In this document: positions 14,536 to 25,681 of the stretch, piece after piece
Position numbering within the stretch: position 1 is the first letter of the stretch
How the letters are laid out: each line of letters starts with the position of its first letter
From: a virus
Lineage: Duplodnaviria > Caudoviricetes
Length of the DNA: 64,000 bases
Strand: one strand, 5' to 3'
IMG/VR virus record: IMGVR_UViG_3300005611_000006
Translations under genes and position numbers: made by a program
The notes under the pieces: generated by a model
Seen by the model: only the letters and a program-made list of their open reading frames with translations
The model's database searches: none
Told to the model about the DNA's origin: nothing

Positions 14536-14706
14536 ATGAAAACAGAAAAAATTAATATATACTGTCAGGGGAGAAAGATTTATACAGGTCTTTCTGAAGA
14601 ATCAATGTTCGAAGTTCTTGATGAATTAACTGAAGAATTTTATGCAACAGGGGTTCCCCTTCCTGAGGATATTATGGTAGAATATACAAGTACCACGGAA
14701 ACATAA
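14536..14706 (+). CDS. hypothetical protein (56 aa)
   Basis: Translated by hand (MKTEKINIYCQGRKIYTGLSEE...); late-type AATAAATA at 14505. Confidence 0.7.
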   Translation: MKTEKINIYCQGRKIYTGLSEESMFEVLDELTEEFYATGVPLPEDIMVEYTSTTET

Positions 14707-14708
14707 TT

Positions 14709-14852
14709 ATGGCACTGCGTCCAGGTAAAAATGGAAAGGACACTATCGAAAGTCGTCCGAAAAAAACGAGACAGGGGAGTTCACAATATACGAAACTCTC
14801 TGCATCGTCTCGGAATGGAAGGCGAAAGCGTTATAGGGGTCAAGGTAAATAA
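14709..14852 (+). CDS. small Lys/Arg-rich protein (47 aa)
   Basis: Translated by hand (...PKKTRQGSSQYTKLSASSRNGRRKRYRGQGK). Confidence 0.75.
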   Translation: MALRPGKNGKDTIESRPKKTRQGSSQYTKLSASSRNGRRKRYRGQGK

Positions 14853-15044
14853 TTCTTTAAAACTATTTCTGACTTGAGAGTCTATGTCTTTTACGTACGT
14901 TAAATGTCAAATACTCTCAGAAAACTGAATAGCGTTAACTTAACGACGCTTTTAATTACAGTGATGGCATCTTCTGCCCTTATCAAAATGTCGGTAGCGT
15001 CATTATATCTTGAGGATTACTTTGATTGAATTCTCTCAGATTCC

Positions 15045-15073
15045 AAGAAGTCTCGTAAGAGGCTTCTTTTTTT
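15045..15073 (+). terminator. intrinsic terminator
   Basis: AAGAAGTCTC-GTAA-GAGGCTTCTT followed by a T-tract. Confidence 0.85.
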
Positions 15074-15115
15074 ATGCTTTGATTTTTATAAGAGTAATTA
15101 TATGCGGCGAGTTTG

Positions 15116-15162
15116 AACTCGCGTTTCTTTCAATAGGTATAACTCGCGTTTCTTTCAATAGG
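15116..15162 (+). repeat. perfect 22-bp direct repeat, two copies
   Basis: AACTCGCGTTTCTTTCAATAGG at 15116-15137 and 15141-15162. Confidence 0.9.
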
Positions 15163-15205
15163 AAAAATCACAATAAATACATATATAATTTTTGAGAAAG
15201 ACAAA

Positions 15206-15610
15206 GTGCCTCTCAATTCAGTATCAATAGGATTTAAAGATATTAGTTTATCTTTTTTAAGACATCCTGTAACAAATGACATTTCAACCTTAAGGGATGA
15301 GGATGCAATCAAAAAGTCAGTAATGAACTTGATTCGCACTCAAGTGGGAGAAAGATTTTTCAATTCACTTTTAGGATCAAATATTGAAGGATCTATATTT
15401 GAACTTGCAACAGATGATTTACTTGATCCATTACAAATTGAAATTGAAACTGTTATTAATAATTTTGAACCAAGAGTAGTATTAAGGAAGGTTGAAGTTA
15501 ATCCTCGACCAGACGAAAATGCATTAAATATTTCTATAAATTACGATATTGTTGGATTAGGTGCTCCTACACAATCAATTAACTTTGTATTACAACCAAC
15601 CCGATACTAA
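15206..15610 (+). CDS. gp25: baseplate wedge subunit gp25
   Basis: FKDISLSF.RHPVTND...AIKKSV.NL..T..GERFF...FEPRV; position before gp6. Confidence 0.92.
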   Translation: MPLNSVSIGFKDISLSFLRHPVTNDISTLRDEDAIKKSVMNLIRTQVGERFFNSLLGSNIEGSIFELATDDLLDPLQIEIETVINNFEPRVVLRKVEVNPRPDENALNISINYDIVGLGAPTQSINFVLQPTRY

Positions 15611-17493
15611 TGGCATTTACACAACTCACGAATTTAGACTTCGATCAAATTCGGGCATCAATTAAGGACTACTTAAGATCAAATTCAACATTTACAGATT
15701 TTGATTTTGAGGGATCGAACTTTTCAATCCTCATTGACATTCTGGCTTACAATACTTATTTGACTGCCTACAACACTAATATGGTGGCAAACGAGGCGTT
15801 TCTAGACTCCGCTACCATTCGTGAGAATGTAGTATCCCTTGCACGTAATATTGGGTATATTCCTTTATCTCGTAGGGCAGCAAGAGCAAGTATATCCTTC
15901 AGTGCATTTGATTTACCTGAATCTTCTTTAACAGCAACTCTTAAAGCAGGTATTATTTGTACTGGAAATTTAAATAATACAAGTTACATTTTCTCGATTC
16001 CTGAAGATATTCAGGTTGGAGTCGTAAATAATAGAGCAAATTTTTTAGATATTGAAATTTATGAAGGAACTTTAATTACAAAAAAGTTCATAGTCGATGA
16101 TTCTCAGCCAAATCAGAAATATATTTTACAAAATCCTTATATTGATACCTCTACAATTAGAGTTGAAGTTAAAAATACCTCTACTGATACTACTTCAGAG
16201 GAGTATACTGCAATAGATAATATCACAAATATCAATTCCGACTCTCAAATATTCTTAATCCAGGAAGTTTCTGACGAAAAGTATGAAATTTTCTTTGGAG
16301 ATGGTATTTTAGGAAAGAAATTAAGTAATAACAATGAAATTACTGTAACTTATATCGTTACAAATGGAAGATCTGGTAACGGAGCATCCAATTTTACGTT
16401 TTCCGGTGTAATTTTAGACAATAATTCCGCAAATATTACTCAAAATAGTGGATCTATCATTGTAAATGAGGCAGCATCTAACGGAGATGAGATACAGAGT
16501 GTTGAATCAGTGCGTTATTATGCACCAAGGCTCTATTCAACGCAGTATAGAGCAGTCACTGCTGCAGATTATGAAGCAATTCTACCATCAATATTCCCAA
16601 ATATTGAATCTGCCACAGCATATGGTGGTGAAGAGTTAGATAATCCAGAATATGGGAAGATTTTTCTTGCAATCAAACCTAAAAATTCAGAATATTTAAG
16701 TGAATACTCAAAAGATTTGATTCGTCAGTCTCTTAAACAGTATTCAGTTTCTGGAATGAGATTAGAGTTTGTTGATGTGAATGTACTTTATGTTGAATTA
16801 TACAGTACTTTCTATTACAATGCAAATTTAATTTCATCTTCATCAAATTTAAAGTCAAATGTTACAAAATCTTTAACAACATTTGCAAATTCTTCAGATT
16901 TAAATAAGTTTGGTGGAAGATTTAAGTATAGTAAAGCAGTTCGTATTATTGACGCAACAAATGAAGCAATTACATCAAATATTACAAAGGTAAGAATTCG
17001 TCGTAATATCCCAGTAACTTTAAATACTCCAACAAAATACTCAATTTGCTTTGAAAATGAATTTAATGTCTTAAATCAGAACCACAATATTCGTTCAACA
17101 GGATTTAAGGTTAACGGAATTAGTGAAACAGTTTATATCGGTGATCAACCAGATTCCAATCTATCTAAAGGAACTTTATTCTTATTTTCTTACGTTGAAG
17201 ATAAAGTTACCATTAAAGTTCAAAACGTTGGATCTATAAATTATACCACTGGAAAAATTGATATAGATAATATAAATGTAACTTCAACTATTTTACAAAA
17301 TAATATAATTGAAATTGATGCAATTCCACATTCAAACGATGTAATTGCTAAAAAATCAATCTATTTGAAATTGGACATCGGAAGAAGTATCATTAGTCCT
17401 GTTAAGGACATAATTTCATCAGGAGAAAATGTTTCCGGAAGTAGATTTACTCCAGAATCAAGTTATTTTTCAGACTCAAAGATAAGAATTTAA
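15610..17493 (+). CDS. gp6: baseplate wedge subunit gp6
   Basis: LDFDQI...FTDFDFEGSN..ILIDILAYNT...RAVTAADYE. Confidence 0.95.
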   Translation: MAFTQLTNLDFDQIRASIKDYLRSNSTFTDFDFEGSNFSILIDILAYNTYLTAYNTNMVANEAFLDSATIRENVVSLARNIGYIPLSRRAARASISFSAFDLPESSLTATLKAGIICTGNLNNTSYIFSIPEDIQVGVVNNRANFLDIEIYEGTLITKKFIVDDSQPNQKYILQNPYIDTSTIRVEVKNTSTDTTSEEYTAIDNITNINSDSQIFLIQEVSDEKYEIFFGDGILGKKLSNNNEITVTYIVTNGRSGNGASNFTFSGVILDNNSANITQNSGSIIVNEAASNGDEIQSVESVRYYAPRLYSTQYRAVTAADYEAILPSIFPNIESATAYGGEELDNPEYGKIFLAIKPKNSEYLSEYSKDLIRQSLKQYSVSGMRLEFVDVNVLYVELYSTFYYNANLISSSSNLKSNVTKSLTTFANSSDLNKFGGRFKYSKAVRIIDATNEAITSNITKVRIRRNIPVTLNTPTKYSICFENEFNVLNQNHNIRSTGFKVNGISETVYIGDQPDSNLSKGTLFLFSYVEDKVTIKVQNVGSINYTTGKIDIDNINVTSTILQNNIIEIDAIPHSNDVIAKKSIYLKLDIGRSIISPVKDIISSGENVSGSRFTPESSYFSDSKIRI

Positions 17494-17494
17494 A

Positions 17495-20400
17495 ATGAAT
17501 CAAGATAAAAAAGTAATTAAAATTAGTGATGTTGTTGAAAATCAAATTCCAGAATTTATTTTCACAGAGAATCCAAATTTTGCAGAATTTTTAAAGCAAT
17601 ATTACATATCACAAGAGTTTCAAGGTGGAACTGTAGATATTGCTGAAAACTTAATTGAGTATAAAAATTTTGATTCGTTTGATTCAAGTAATCTAATCAC
17701 AAAAACAACACTATCTTCTGATATTGATATTTTTGAAGAGACAATTCCTGTAGTATCTACTAAAGGTTGGCCAGAAAAGTATGGTCTTTTAAAAATTAAT
17801 GATGAGATTATAACTTATACTGGAATAACTACAAATTCTTTTACTGGTTGTGTAAGAGGATTTAGTGCAATTGAATCGATTGTAAAGGAAAATGATCCAG
17901 AGTATCTTGTATTTTCACAATCGGAATCAGATTTCCATAAAGATGGGGATTCTGTAGATAACTTAAGTAATTTATTCTTAATTGAATTTTTTAAAAAGAC
18001 TAAATCCCAGTTCATTCCTGGATTTGAAGACTTAAATTTTGATTCTAGAATTGATATTCCCAACTTTATTAGTAAAGCTAAAGACTTTTATCAGTCTAAA
18101 GGAACTGATGAATCCTTTGAAATTTTATTTAAAGTTCTTTTTGGAGAAAAAGTAGAAGTTATTAAACCAAAAGACTTTTTATTCGCTCCTTCAGATGACA
18201 AGTGGATTGTAGTTGAAAACTTTGTTTGCGATTTAGTTGAAGGAGATCCTTTAAAGTTAAATGGTCAAACTCTATATCAAGATAAAAATATTTCAGGATC
18301 AGTTTTAGAGTCTAATGGATCAATTTATTCTGTCAGTTCTTTAAATATTGGAGAAAATATTTTTTATAAAGTTAGTATATTTTCAGGATATTCTAATAAC
18401 TTAAATCCAAAAGGATCTATTTTTGGAGAATTTAAAACTACCCCAAAAACATATGTAGTTTCTGAAGTTTCTAGTAATAGCACTACAATTCCAGTTGTAT
18501 CTACAGTTGGATTTGATAGCAGTGGTAAGTTAATTATTGATGGGTCTGAGATAACTTATACGGATAAGACTTCAACAGAGTTCTTGAACTGCTCAGGAAT
18601 ACAAAGCGATATCAATTCTTCAACTAAAGTATATGCAGATAATTTTGTATATTCTTATGAAGATGGTAATATCAATTCTGTCGTCAAGTTAAGAATTATT
18701 AATACAGTTTCAAATATTGATTCAAGTGGTCTAGTTTTAATAAATGAAGGGGATAAAATTAATATTAAAAACTTAGGATCTACTGAAAAAAGTATATTTA
18801 CAGAATCATTAAATTATAATGTACCATCAATTATTTTTGCCGGAAAAGTTTTTCCTGCTGAAACAAATATAGGTTCATTAGATGAAGGGATTAGCATTAA
18901 TGGTTTTGTGAAAACTAAATATCCACATTACCTAAAAGAGGGTGATGCTGTTGAAGTTTATAATTCATCTAGAGGTGAAAAAATAACTAACTCTATTGTT
19001 AGTAATGTTAACTCTGAGAGATCTTTTACAATTAGTGATGCTCAAAATTTAAAAAATTATAAAAATAACCAAATAAAAATTAGAAGAATTCCGTTTAGAT
19101 CAAATTCTTCAATGTATCCTGAGATTAATGGCATTTTTGCAGTCAACATTCAAAATTCATATGAAGACTCAAATTGTTATTACGTTGAATCAAACGGGTT
19201 GCCAGATAATAACATTAAACCTTACAAGAAAGAATATTCATTCTCCTGTGATAATGATACATTAACTATTATATCTGATAGTAATAATGGATCAGAACAT
19301 TATTATGAAAATGGGGATGTTGTAAATATATCTAATATTGTTGGCGTATCTACTATATTATCTACCAATATTGATTATTATATCAAAAAATTAAATGTTG
19401 ATGAGGTAAAAATTGCTAGAAGTTTACTTGATGTAATACAAAATAATTTTATTACTCCTGATATTGAACAAGTTACTTTAACATCTAAGTCTTTATATGG
19501 AAAACAGTTTACTTCTTCAAAATCATTTAAAAAGATATTAAAAAATATTGATTACACTAAAACTGAAAAAACTACAAAACCGGGATCAATCGGAATTTTA
19601 GTTAATGGTGTTGAGATTCAAAATTATAAATCTTCGGATAAAGTTTATTTTGGAAATTTAGAAAATATAAAAGTTTTAAATTCCGGATCTGGATATGATT
19701 TATTGAATCCTCCTACGTTTGAGATTAACGATGGCACTGATACGACTTCATCAATCATTCCACAGATGGAAGGAATAGTTGAAAGTATTATTGTAAGTGA
19801 TCCTGGGTATGATTATGTAGAAACTCCAATAGTTACTATTAAGAATGGTAGCAACGAAGAGATTAAAACTGAAGTTAGAATGAAACTAATTTCAAGAGAA
19901 CTTGAGTTTAATGCCGCTAATTCTGATATAGTTGCTACTTTAGATATAGAAGAAAAGTTTATATTTACAGAACCCCACAGATTAATTGTTGGTGATGGAG
20001 TAATATATGATTCTTCTTCAGGAACTAAAATTGGAATAGGAACTCAAGTTTCTGATGGAACATTATTAGATGACTCTGTTTATTTTGTTTCTTCTATTGG
20101 TGCTGGAACTTCTTTTAGATTAGCACCAACATATAATGATGCTATAAATGAAACGAATTTAATTAAATTAAGAACTCTTGGAACTGGAATTCAGAAATTT
20201 ACTTCAGTTAAAAAAGTCAAAGTTATAGATTCCGTCAACATAACTGATAGTAATCCGGTATTAAAATATAAAAAAGTTGTAGCGAGAGAAGATGATATCA
20301 ACAAATATGATAACATTATAAACATTAAAAACCATGGATTTTTATCCGGAGATGAAATTTCATATTCATATTCTAGTGGTAGTGGTTTAGATGGTCTTTT

Positions 20401-23400
20401 AGTATCACAATATTATTATATTGTTAAAATTGATGATAATAGTTTTAAATTATCATCAACAAAAAATTTAAACAATATTGTAGATTTTGACCTAATTGAC
20501 AGTTCAGTTCACATCTTTGAATATTCTCCAATAAGAGTAGATATTTTAGGATCGTTAACAATTTCTGGAATTTCTACAATAGGAACTTCTGCAGTATTAA
20601 CCCCAGTAGTTAGAGGATCGATTAATGATATAAAAATTGAAGAATCTGATCCTGAATATAATTCAAACTATACTGCATATCTTAACTATAACCTTAACCC
20701 GACAATTAGAGTTGTTAATGGAAAAGGTGCATTTCTACAACCAGTAATTACTAATGGTAAAATCACTAATGTAATTATTTTGAGCCAAGGTGAAAACTAC
20801 TTTAATTCACTGGAAATTGATGTTATTGGAGTAGGTAATGGAGCAAAGTTATCTCCAGTAGTTGTTAATGGTAGAATTACCAGTGTAAACATTATAAACA
20901 AAGGTATTGGATATGACTCAAACACAACAATTAAAATTAGAACTATAGGATCCAACTTTAGTGCGATAGGTGAAATTAAAAGTTATACTTTAAATGAAGT
21001 TGATAGATATCCAAATTCTATACTAAAGAGAGGTATTATTGTTAATGATGTTTACCACCCTGATCAAAACATATATGGAGTTTATAAGTTAACAGATACT
21101 TTAGAATCTTTATTAAATTTAAATGATGCAAATAGACATTCTCCGATAATTGGATGGGCATATGATGGTTGTCCAATTTACGGACCTTATGCGTATGAAA
21201 ATCCTGATGGTACTGGTAATATTATTGAAATGACCAGTAGTTATAAAAAATCTAAAGTAGGAGATATTCCTTTAGGTCTCATAGAAGATTATTCTTATAT
21301 TCAAAATCGTGGTTCTTTAGATAAGCATAATGGAAGATACTGCATTACTCCAGAGTATCCAAATGGAGTTTATGCATATTTTGCAACTTCAAAATTTCCT
21401 TATTTTATAGGAGATACATATAAGTTCACTCCATTACCAGAAAATTTTGATTTCCATCATACTCAAAATTTAAACTATAATCAATTAGATATTGTTAAAA
21501 ATACTTTACCGTACTACGTTGAAGATGAATTAAATTACTATGATTATTTTGATTATAGACCAAATCCCGAAAAGGAAGAAGCATTTGTACTAAAAAGTTT
21601 ATCAGGAGATATTGATAGTATTGATGTGGTAGATTCTGGTGAAGGTTATTCTATAGGGAGCAAATTAATATTTGATAATACTGGTACAGGTGGATATGGT
21701 GCATCAGCAGAAATTACTGAACTTTCTGGAGTTGGTATCTCATCTATAGAATCTACTACTAAAACAATTCAAAATATAACATTCATTTCAGATAATAATA
21801 CTATTATAGGAGTTGCTACAACTGCACATAATTTCAAAGATGAGTATTTTATAAAAATCTCAGGAATTACAAGCACTACTTTTATATCTTTAAATGGAGT
21901 TAAAAAGATAAATGTTGATGAGATTGTAACAAATCTAGAAGATGCTTTAGATTCTGAGTCTGTAACTGGAATTACAACTTCAATTAAGATTAAAGATTCT
22001 ATAACAATTTTTGATATAGATTCTAAAATAAGAATTTCTAATGAGAATGCAACTGTTATTGGTCTTGACTACTTAAATAATAGAATTAATATCTTAAGAG
22101 AATCTTCATCTCCATCATATGCAGTTGACGAATATGTTTATTTAAATCAAAATAAATTTTATTTTGAAGAAAATAAATCTTTAGATCTCCCAGAAGCAAA
22201 TGTATCATATTATTTTGATTCTAATCTTGTATCTATTGGAATAGATACCTCTGTAGGAGCAGGAAATACTATTACTTCATATCCACTTGGAGTTGGAGTT
22301 TCGCAAACGAAGTACATTAGAACAGCAGGAATCTGGATGCCCAATCACAGATTTAAATCTGGTGAATCTGTATCTTATTCTAATGATAGTGCATTTTTAA
22401 ATGTACAAACAAGTTTAAGTAGTCAGTTCTTATCGGATTTTTCTAATTTATACATTGTAGACTTTGGAAATGATGTAGTTGGATTAACTACTATTCAAAA
22501 TGAGTTTAGTGGATTGTTATATTATACCAGTGCTGGAACAGGAAGACTCCACAAACTAAAAACAAATAGAAATATAATTTCTGGTCAAGCGATATTTAAT
22601 GAAACTATTGTTTCAACAGCATCTTCTCACGGGTTAGATGTTGGTGACAAAGTAAAGTTAAATGTTACTTCTGGTTTAACTACAAATTATACTGTAACAT
22701 ATAGTTCGGGAAATGCAAAACTAAGAATTGATGGTGATAATAATCCAGAAATAAATGTTTACAGAAATCAAAAAGTTGTATTTGATACTTCTGCATCATC
22801 ATTAAATAGAACTCATTTTAAACTGTATACAGATAGTGATTATAAAAATGAATATATTGGAACTGGAAATTCTGGAGTTGAAGTTGTAGTTGGAGTTAAC
22901 TCTGTAACTTTAAATATTCAAGATACAACTTTATCAACTCTTTATTATAATATTGAATCCACATCTAAAAAAGTATTTGATGATGAAACAGTTTTTAATC
23001 ACAATAGAATAAATGTTAAACAAAGTCTTTATAATATTACTAGTGGAATCGTTACTAATACAAATGAATCTTTTACAGTTAATTTACCATATTCTCCAGA
23101 AGAAAATAATTATAGTTCATCTGATTCTAATAAAATTTCTTATACAGTTAGAGAATCTGATGTTTTAGGTCCAATTTCTGAAGTAAAAGTAACTTCTAAG
23201 GGAGTTGATTATAAAAAAATTCCATCTATTAAGAGTGTAGAAGGTGATGGTAAAGATGCCGTACTAATTCCTATAACTAAAAACATTGGAAGAGTATCTG
23301 AAATAGGTCCTTTAGCAGTTAATATATGTCCTTCTGATAAAACTTTAGTTCCAACTTCAAATTTATATTCAGTTCTATATTTAAAAAATAACTATAAAGT

Positions 23401-25675
23401 ATCTACAGTAGACTTAACTTTTTCTGGAAAAAATTATTTAAATCCTCCTAAAGTAAAATTATTTAATACAGAAACAAATTCTTTAGAAGATTCCTTTAGT
23501 GCATTCTGTAATTTAAAAGGAAATACTGTTGACGAAATATTAATTATTAATCCTGGTAATGGTTTACATAGATTTTCTAATAAATTAGTATTTACAGATA
23601 ATTCTAATGGAGTCAAGATTTTAAGTGCAAGTTCTGTACAAGATTCTCCTTCACTGTATACAGTTTCATTAACTCTTGAGACACCATTATCTGGATTTAC
23701 AACTTCAAATCCTCCACCATTTGATCTCAATGATGATATATTTGTTGAAAATCTTGGCACTAACTATGATTCATCAGATTATTCTTATAATACATTTAAA
23801 GTAGTAGGAATAGTTACTAATTATAGTAGTGAGAATGAAACCATATTAAGATATCAAGTCTCTAAGTCTCCTGGTAGTGTGCTTTCATATGATAATGCTT
23901 ATGTAATTAATTCAAATGATCTTCCGCAAGCAAATGTTTCATTGATTCAAAGTTCATTTATTGCTGGAGAAGATATTAATGGTGAAAAGTCCATATCAAA
24001 CAAAATAGATAATTATACAAATAATATTGTAAAAGTTGAAGATTTAGAATCAATAAAAGTTGGAGATGATATTAAAGGAAACTTAAGTTTTTCAGAGGGA
24101 AACGTAGTTAAGATTGATAAATTTAGTTCAAAGTTCAATGTTAGTAATAGTATTTCTAGTAAATTCGGATGGAAAGAATTTAAAGGAAAACTTTCTGTAA
24201 ATGATCAAAATTTATCTGATAACGATTATTATCAAAATTTTTCATATTCTTTACGTAGTAAAATACAAATTTCTGATTGGAATTCTCAAGTTTCTGATTT
24301 AAATCATATTGCAGGATTTAAAAAGTTTAGCGATCTACAAGTAGAATCTAAATCGACTATATCTGGACAACAATCTAATTCGTCTTCTATAGTTAATGTA
24401 TCAATAAATTCTTTTGGAGATATAAACACAAAAAATAATTTTGATCTAGTTTTAGAGGACGTTGATGAAAATAATAATGAATATTCTGAATTATTAAAAT
24501 TCAGGTCTAGGAAACTTTCTGACTATTTACTTTCAGAAGAAAATAGAGTTTTGTCTATAGATAATGTATCAACAAATTTTAATAATCAAACTTCCTTTGC
24601 AGAAATTATAGTAGACACTTTACCAACAATTAATACTGGAGGAATAGTTGCAAAATATTTTGTTCTTATAGAATCTACAACTTCACTTTTTACAGACTTT
24701 GAACTTCCTTTACTTGCAGAAGTTTTTATAACTAAACAAAGTGATTCTATTAATGGAGGAGTAAGTTTAATTACATACTCTTACTTTGAAGACATTCCAT
24801 TAGGAACATTTACTTCTGCATTGAATCCTCAAAATAAAAATGAAATTTTATTGAAGTTTGCACCAATAAATGTTAATAATATAATATCAGCTAGAACTAT
24901 AACAGACTATATTCCTTTAGATGTATCTACAGAAAGTAACAGTTATGGAAATGTTAATAGTGTAGCAATTACTAGCACGTTTCCTGCAGAAAGTTCTCCA
25001 ACACAAAAAGAAATTATACTATCTCCTTTATCTGAGTGCCAGTCTGGTTCAATATATGTTGGTATTGCTTCAGTTGCTTCTCAAATTGAAGAATTTAAAG
25101 AAATTGGATTTTTATATAATGGGACAAATGTTTTATTCACTACTTATTCTGAAAGTGAATTAAATAATTTAGGAGAGGTTGGAATTTCTACAAGTGGAAG
25201 TAATTTAGTTATTACATATGATGGAATTGCAAATACAGGTGTTACTGTGTATGTAGATTCAACCTTACTTGTAGAAACTCAAACTTCTCCAAATCAGATT
25301 CAAAGTGATTATGGACTATTAAATAGTTCAAGGTCACAATTTACTGGAAGTTCCCCAGTAGGACTAACAACAATTACTTCAGATTATGGAGTTTCAAATT
25401 TTATAGTTGAAATTGAAAAAACTGTTGGTGTTACATTAACAAGATCTGTTGCTCAAATAAATGCAGTTCATTATGATATAAACTTCTTAGAGAATAAATA
25501 TTTGGCAAATATTACTTATAGTGCTCTCGGTAATTTCAATGACATAGATTTTGATTTAACTTTCGATCCAGGTTCAAACTCTTATACTCTTTCTTATGTT
25601 CCGTCTGAAGTTGGAACTTTTGATATAAAATTATCTCAAAAGAGTATATTAAGATCCACAAATCCATTATTGTAA
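17495..25675 (+). CDS. gp7: large baseplate wedge protein (gp7-like) with an internal YHYH-like domain
   Basis: N-terminal FLKQYY...KDFYQSKGTDESFEILFKVLFGE; lies between gp6 and gp8; HSPIIGWAYDGCPIYGPY...LDKHNGR. Confidence 0.75.
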   Translation: MNQDKKVIKISDVVENQIPEFIFTENPNFAEFLKQYYISQEFQGGTVDIAENLIEYKNFDSFDSSNLITKTTLSSDIDIFEETIPVVSTKGWPEKYGLLKINDEIITYTGITTNSFTGCVRGFSAIESIVKENDPEYLVFSQSESDFHKDGDSVDNLSNLFLIEFFKKTKSQFIPGFEDLNFDSRIDIPNFISKAKDFYQSKGTDESFEILFKVLFGEKVEVIKPKDFLFAPSDDKWIVVENFVCDLVEGDPLKLNGQTLYQDKNISGSVLESNGSIYSVSSLNIGENIFYKVSIFSGYSNNLNPKGSIFGEFKTTPKTYVVSEVSSNSTTIPVVSTVGFDSSGKLIIDGSEITYTDKTSTEFLNCSGIQSDINSSTKVYADNFVYSYEDGNINSVVKLRIINTVSNIDSSGLVLINEGDKINIKNLGSTEKSIFTESLNYNVPSIIFAGKVFPAETNIGSLDEGISINGFVKTKYPHYLKEGDAVEVYNSSRGEKITNSIVSNVNSERSFTISDAQNLKNYKNNQIKIRRIPFRSNSSMYPEINGIFAVNIQNSYEDSNCYYVESNGLPDNNIKPYKKEYSFSCDNDTLTIISDSNNGSEHYYENGDVVNISNIVGVSTILSTNIDYYIKKLNVDEVKIARSLLDVIQNNFITPDIEQVTLTSKSLYGKQFTSSKSFKKILKNIDYTKTEKTTKPGSIGILVNGVEIQNYKSSDKVYFGNLENIKVLNSGSGYDLLNPPTFEINDGTDTTSSIIPQMEGIVESIIVSDPGYDYVETPIVTIKNGSNEEIKTEVRMKLISRELEFNAANSDIVATLDIEEKFIFTEPHRLIVGDGVIYDSSSGTKIGIGTQVSDGTLLDDSVYFVSSIGAGTSFRLAPTYNDAINETNLIKLRTLGTGIQKFTSVKKVKVIDSVNITDSNPVLKYKKVVAREDDINKYDNIINIKNHGFLSGDEISYSYSSGSGLDGLLVSQYYYIVKIDDNSFKLSSTKNLNNIVDFDLIDSSVHIFEYSPIRVDILGSLTISGISTIGTSAVLTPVVRGSINDIKIEESDPEYNSNYTAYLNYNLNPTIRVVNGKGAFLQPVITNGKITNVIILSQGENYFNSLEIDVIGVGNGAKLSPVVVNGRITSVNIINKGIGYDSNTTIKIRTIGSNFSAIGEIKSYTLNEVDRYPNSILKRGIIVNDVYHPDQNIYGVYKLTDTLESLLNLNDANRHSPIIGWAYDGCPIYGPYAYENPDGTGNIIEMTSSYKKSKVGDIPLGLIEDYSYIQNRGSLDKHNGRYCITPEYPNGVYAYFATSKFPYFIGDTYKFTPLPENFDFHHTQNLNYNQLDIVKNTLPYYVEDELNYYDYFDYRPNPEKEEAFVLKSLSGDIDSIDVVDSGEGYSIGSKLIFDNTGTGGYGASAEITELSGVGISSIESTTKTIQNITFISDNNTIIGVATTAHNFKDEYFIKISGITSTTFISLNGVKKINVDEIVTNLEDALDSESVTGITTSIKIKDSITIFDIDSKIRISNENATVIGLDYLNNRINILRESSSPSYAVDEYVYLNQNKFYFEENKSLDLPEANVSYYFDSNLVSIGIDTSVGAGNTITSYPLGVGVSQTKYIRTAGIWMPNHRFKSGESVSYSNDSAFLNVQTSLSSQFLSDFSNLYIVDFGNDVVGLTTIQNEFSGLLYYTSAGTGRLHKLKTNRNIISGQAIFNETIVSTASSHGLDVGDKVKLNVTSGLTTNYTVTYSSGNAKLRIDGDNNPEINVYRNQKVVFDTSASSLNRTHFKLYTDSDYKNEYIGTGNSGVEVVVGVNSVTLNIQDTTLSTLYYNIESTSKKVFDDETVFNHNRINVKQSLYNITSGIVTNTNESFTVNLPYSPEENNYSSSDSNKISYTVRESDVLGPISEVKVTSKGVDYKKIPSIKSVEGDGKDAVLIPITKNIGRVSEIGPLAVNICPSDKTLVPTSNLYSVLYLKNNYKVSTVDLTFSGKNYLNPPKVKLFNTETNSLEDSFSAFCNLKGNTVDEILIINPGNGLHRFSNKLVFTDNSNGVKILSASSVQDSPSLYTVSLTLETPLSGFTTSNPPPFDLNDDIFVENLGTNYDSSDYSYNTFKVVGIVTNYSSENETILRYQVSKSPGSVLSYDNAYVINSNDLPQANVSLIQSSFIAGEDINGEKSISNKIDNYTNNIVKVEDLESIKVGDDIKGNLSFSEGNVVKIDKFSSKFNVSNSISSKFGWKEFKGKLSVNDQNLSDNDYYQNFSYSLRSKIQISDWNSQVSDLNHIAGFKKFSDLQVESKSTISGQQSNSSSIVNVSINSFGDINTKNNFDLVLEDVDENNNEYSELLKFRSRKLSDYLLSEENRVLSIDNVSTNFNNQTSFAEIIVDTLPTINTGGIVAKYFVLIESTTSLFTDFELPLLAEVFITKQSDSINGGVSLITYSYFEDIPLGTFTSALNPQNKNEILLKFAPINVNNIISARTITDYIPLDVSTESNSYGNVNSVAITSTFPAESSPTQKEIILSPLSECQSGSIYVGIASVASQIEEFKEIGFLYNGTNVLFTTYSESELNNLGEVGISTSGSNLVITYDGIANTGVTVYVDSTLLVETQTSPNQIQSDYGLLNSSRSQFTGSSPVGLTTITSDYGVSNFIVEIEKTVGVTLTRSVAQINAVHYDINFLENKYLANITYSALGNFNDIDFDLTFDPGSNSYTLSYVPSEVGTFDIKLSQKSILRSTNPLL

Positions 25676-25681
25676 AATAAA

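Noticed and set aside
15010-15195. ORF 15010..15195 as a real gene
   Set aside because: It has a TTG start and spans a terminator and a direct repeat.
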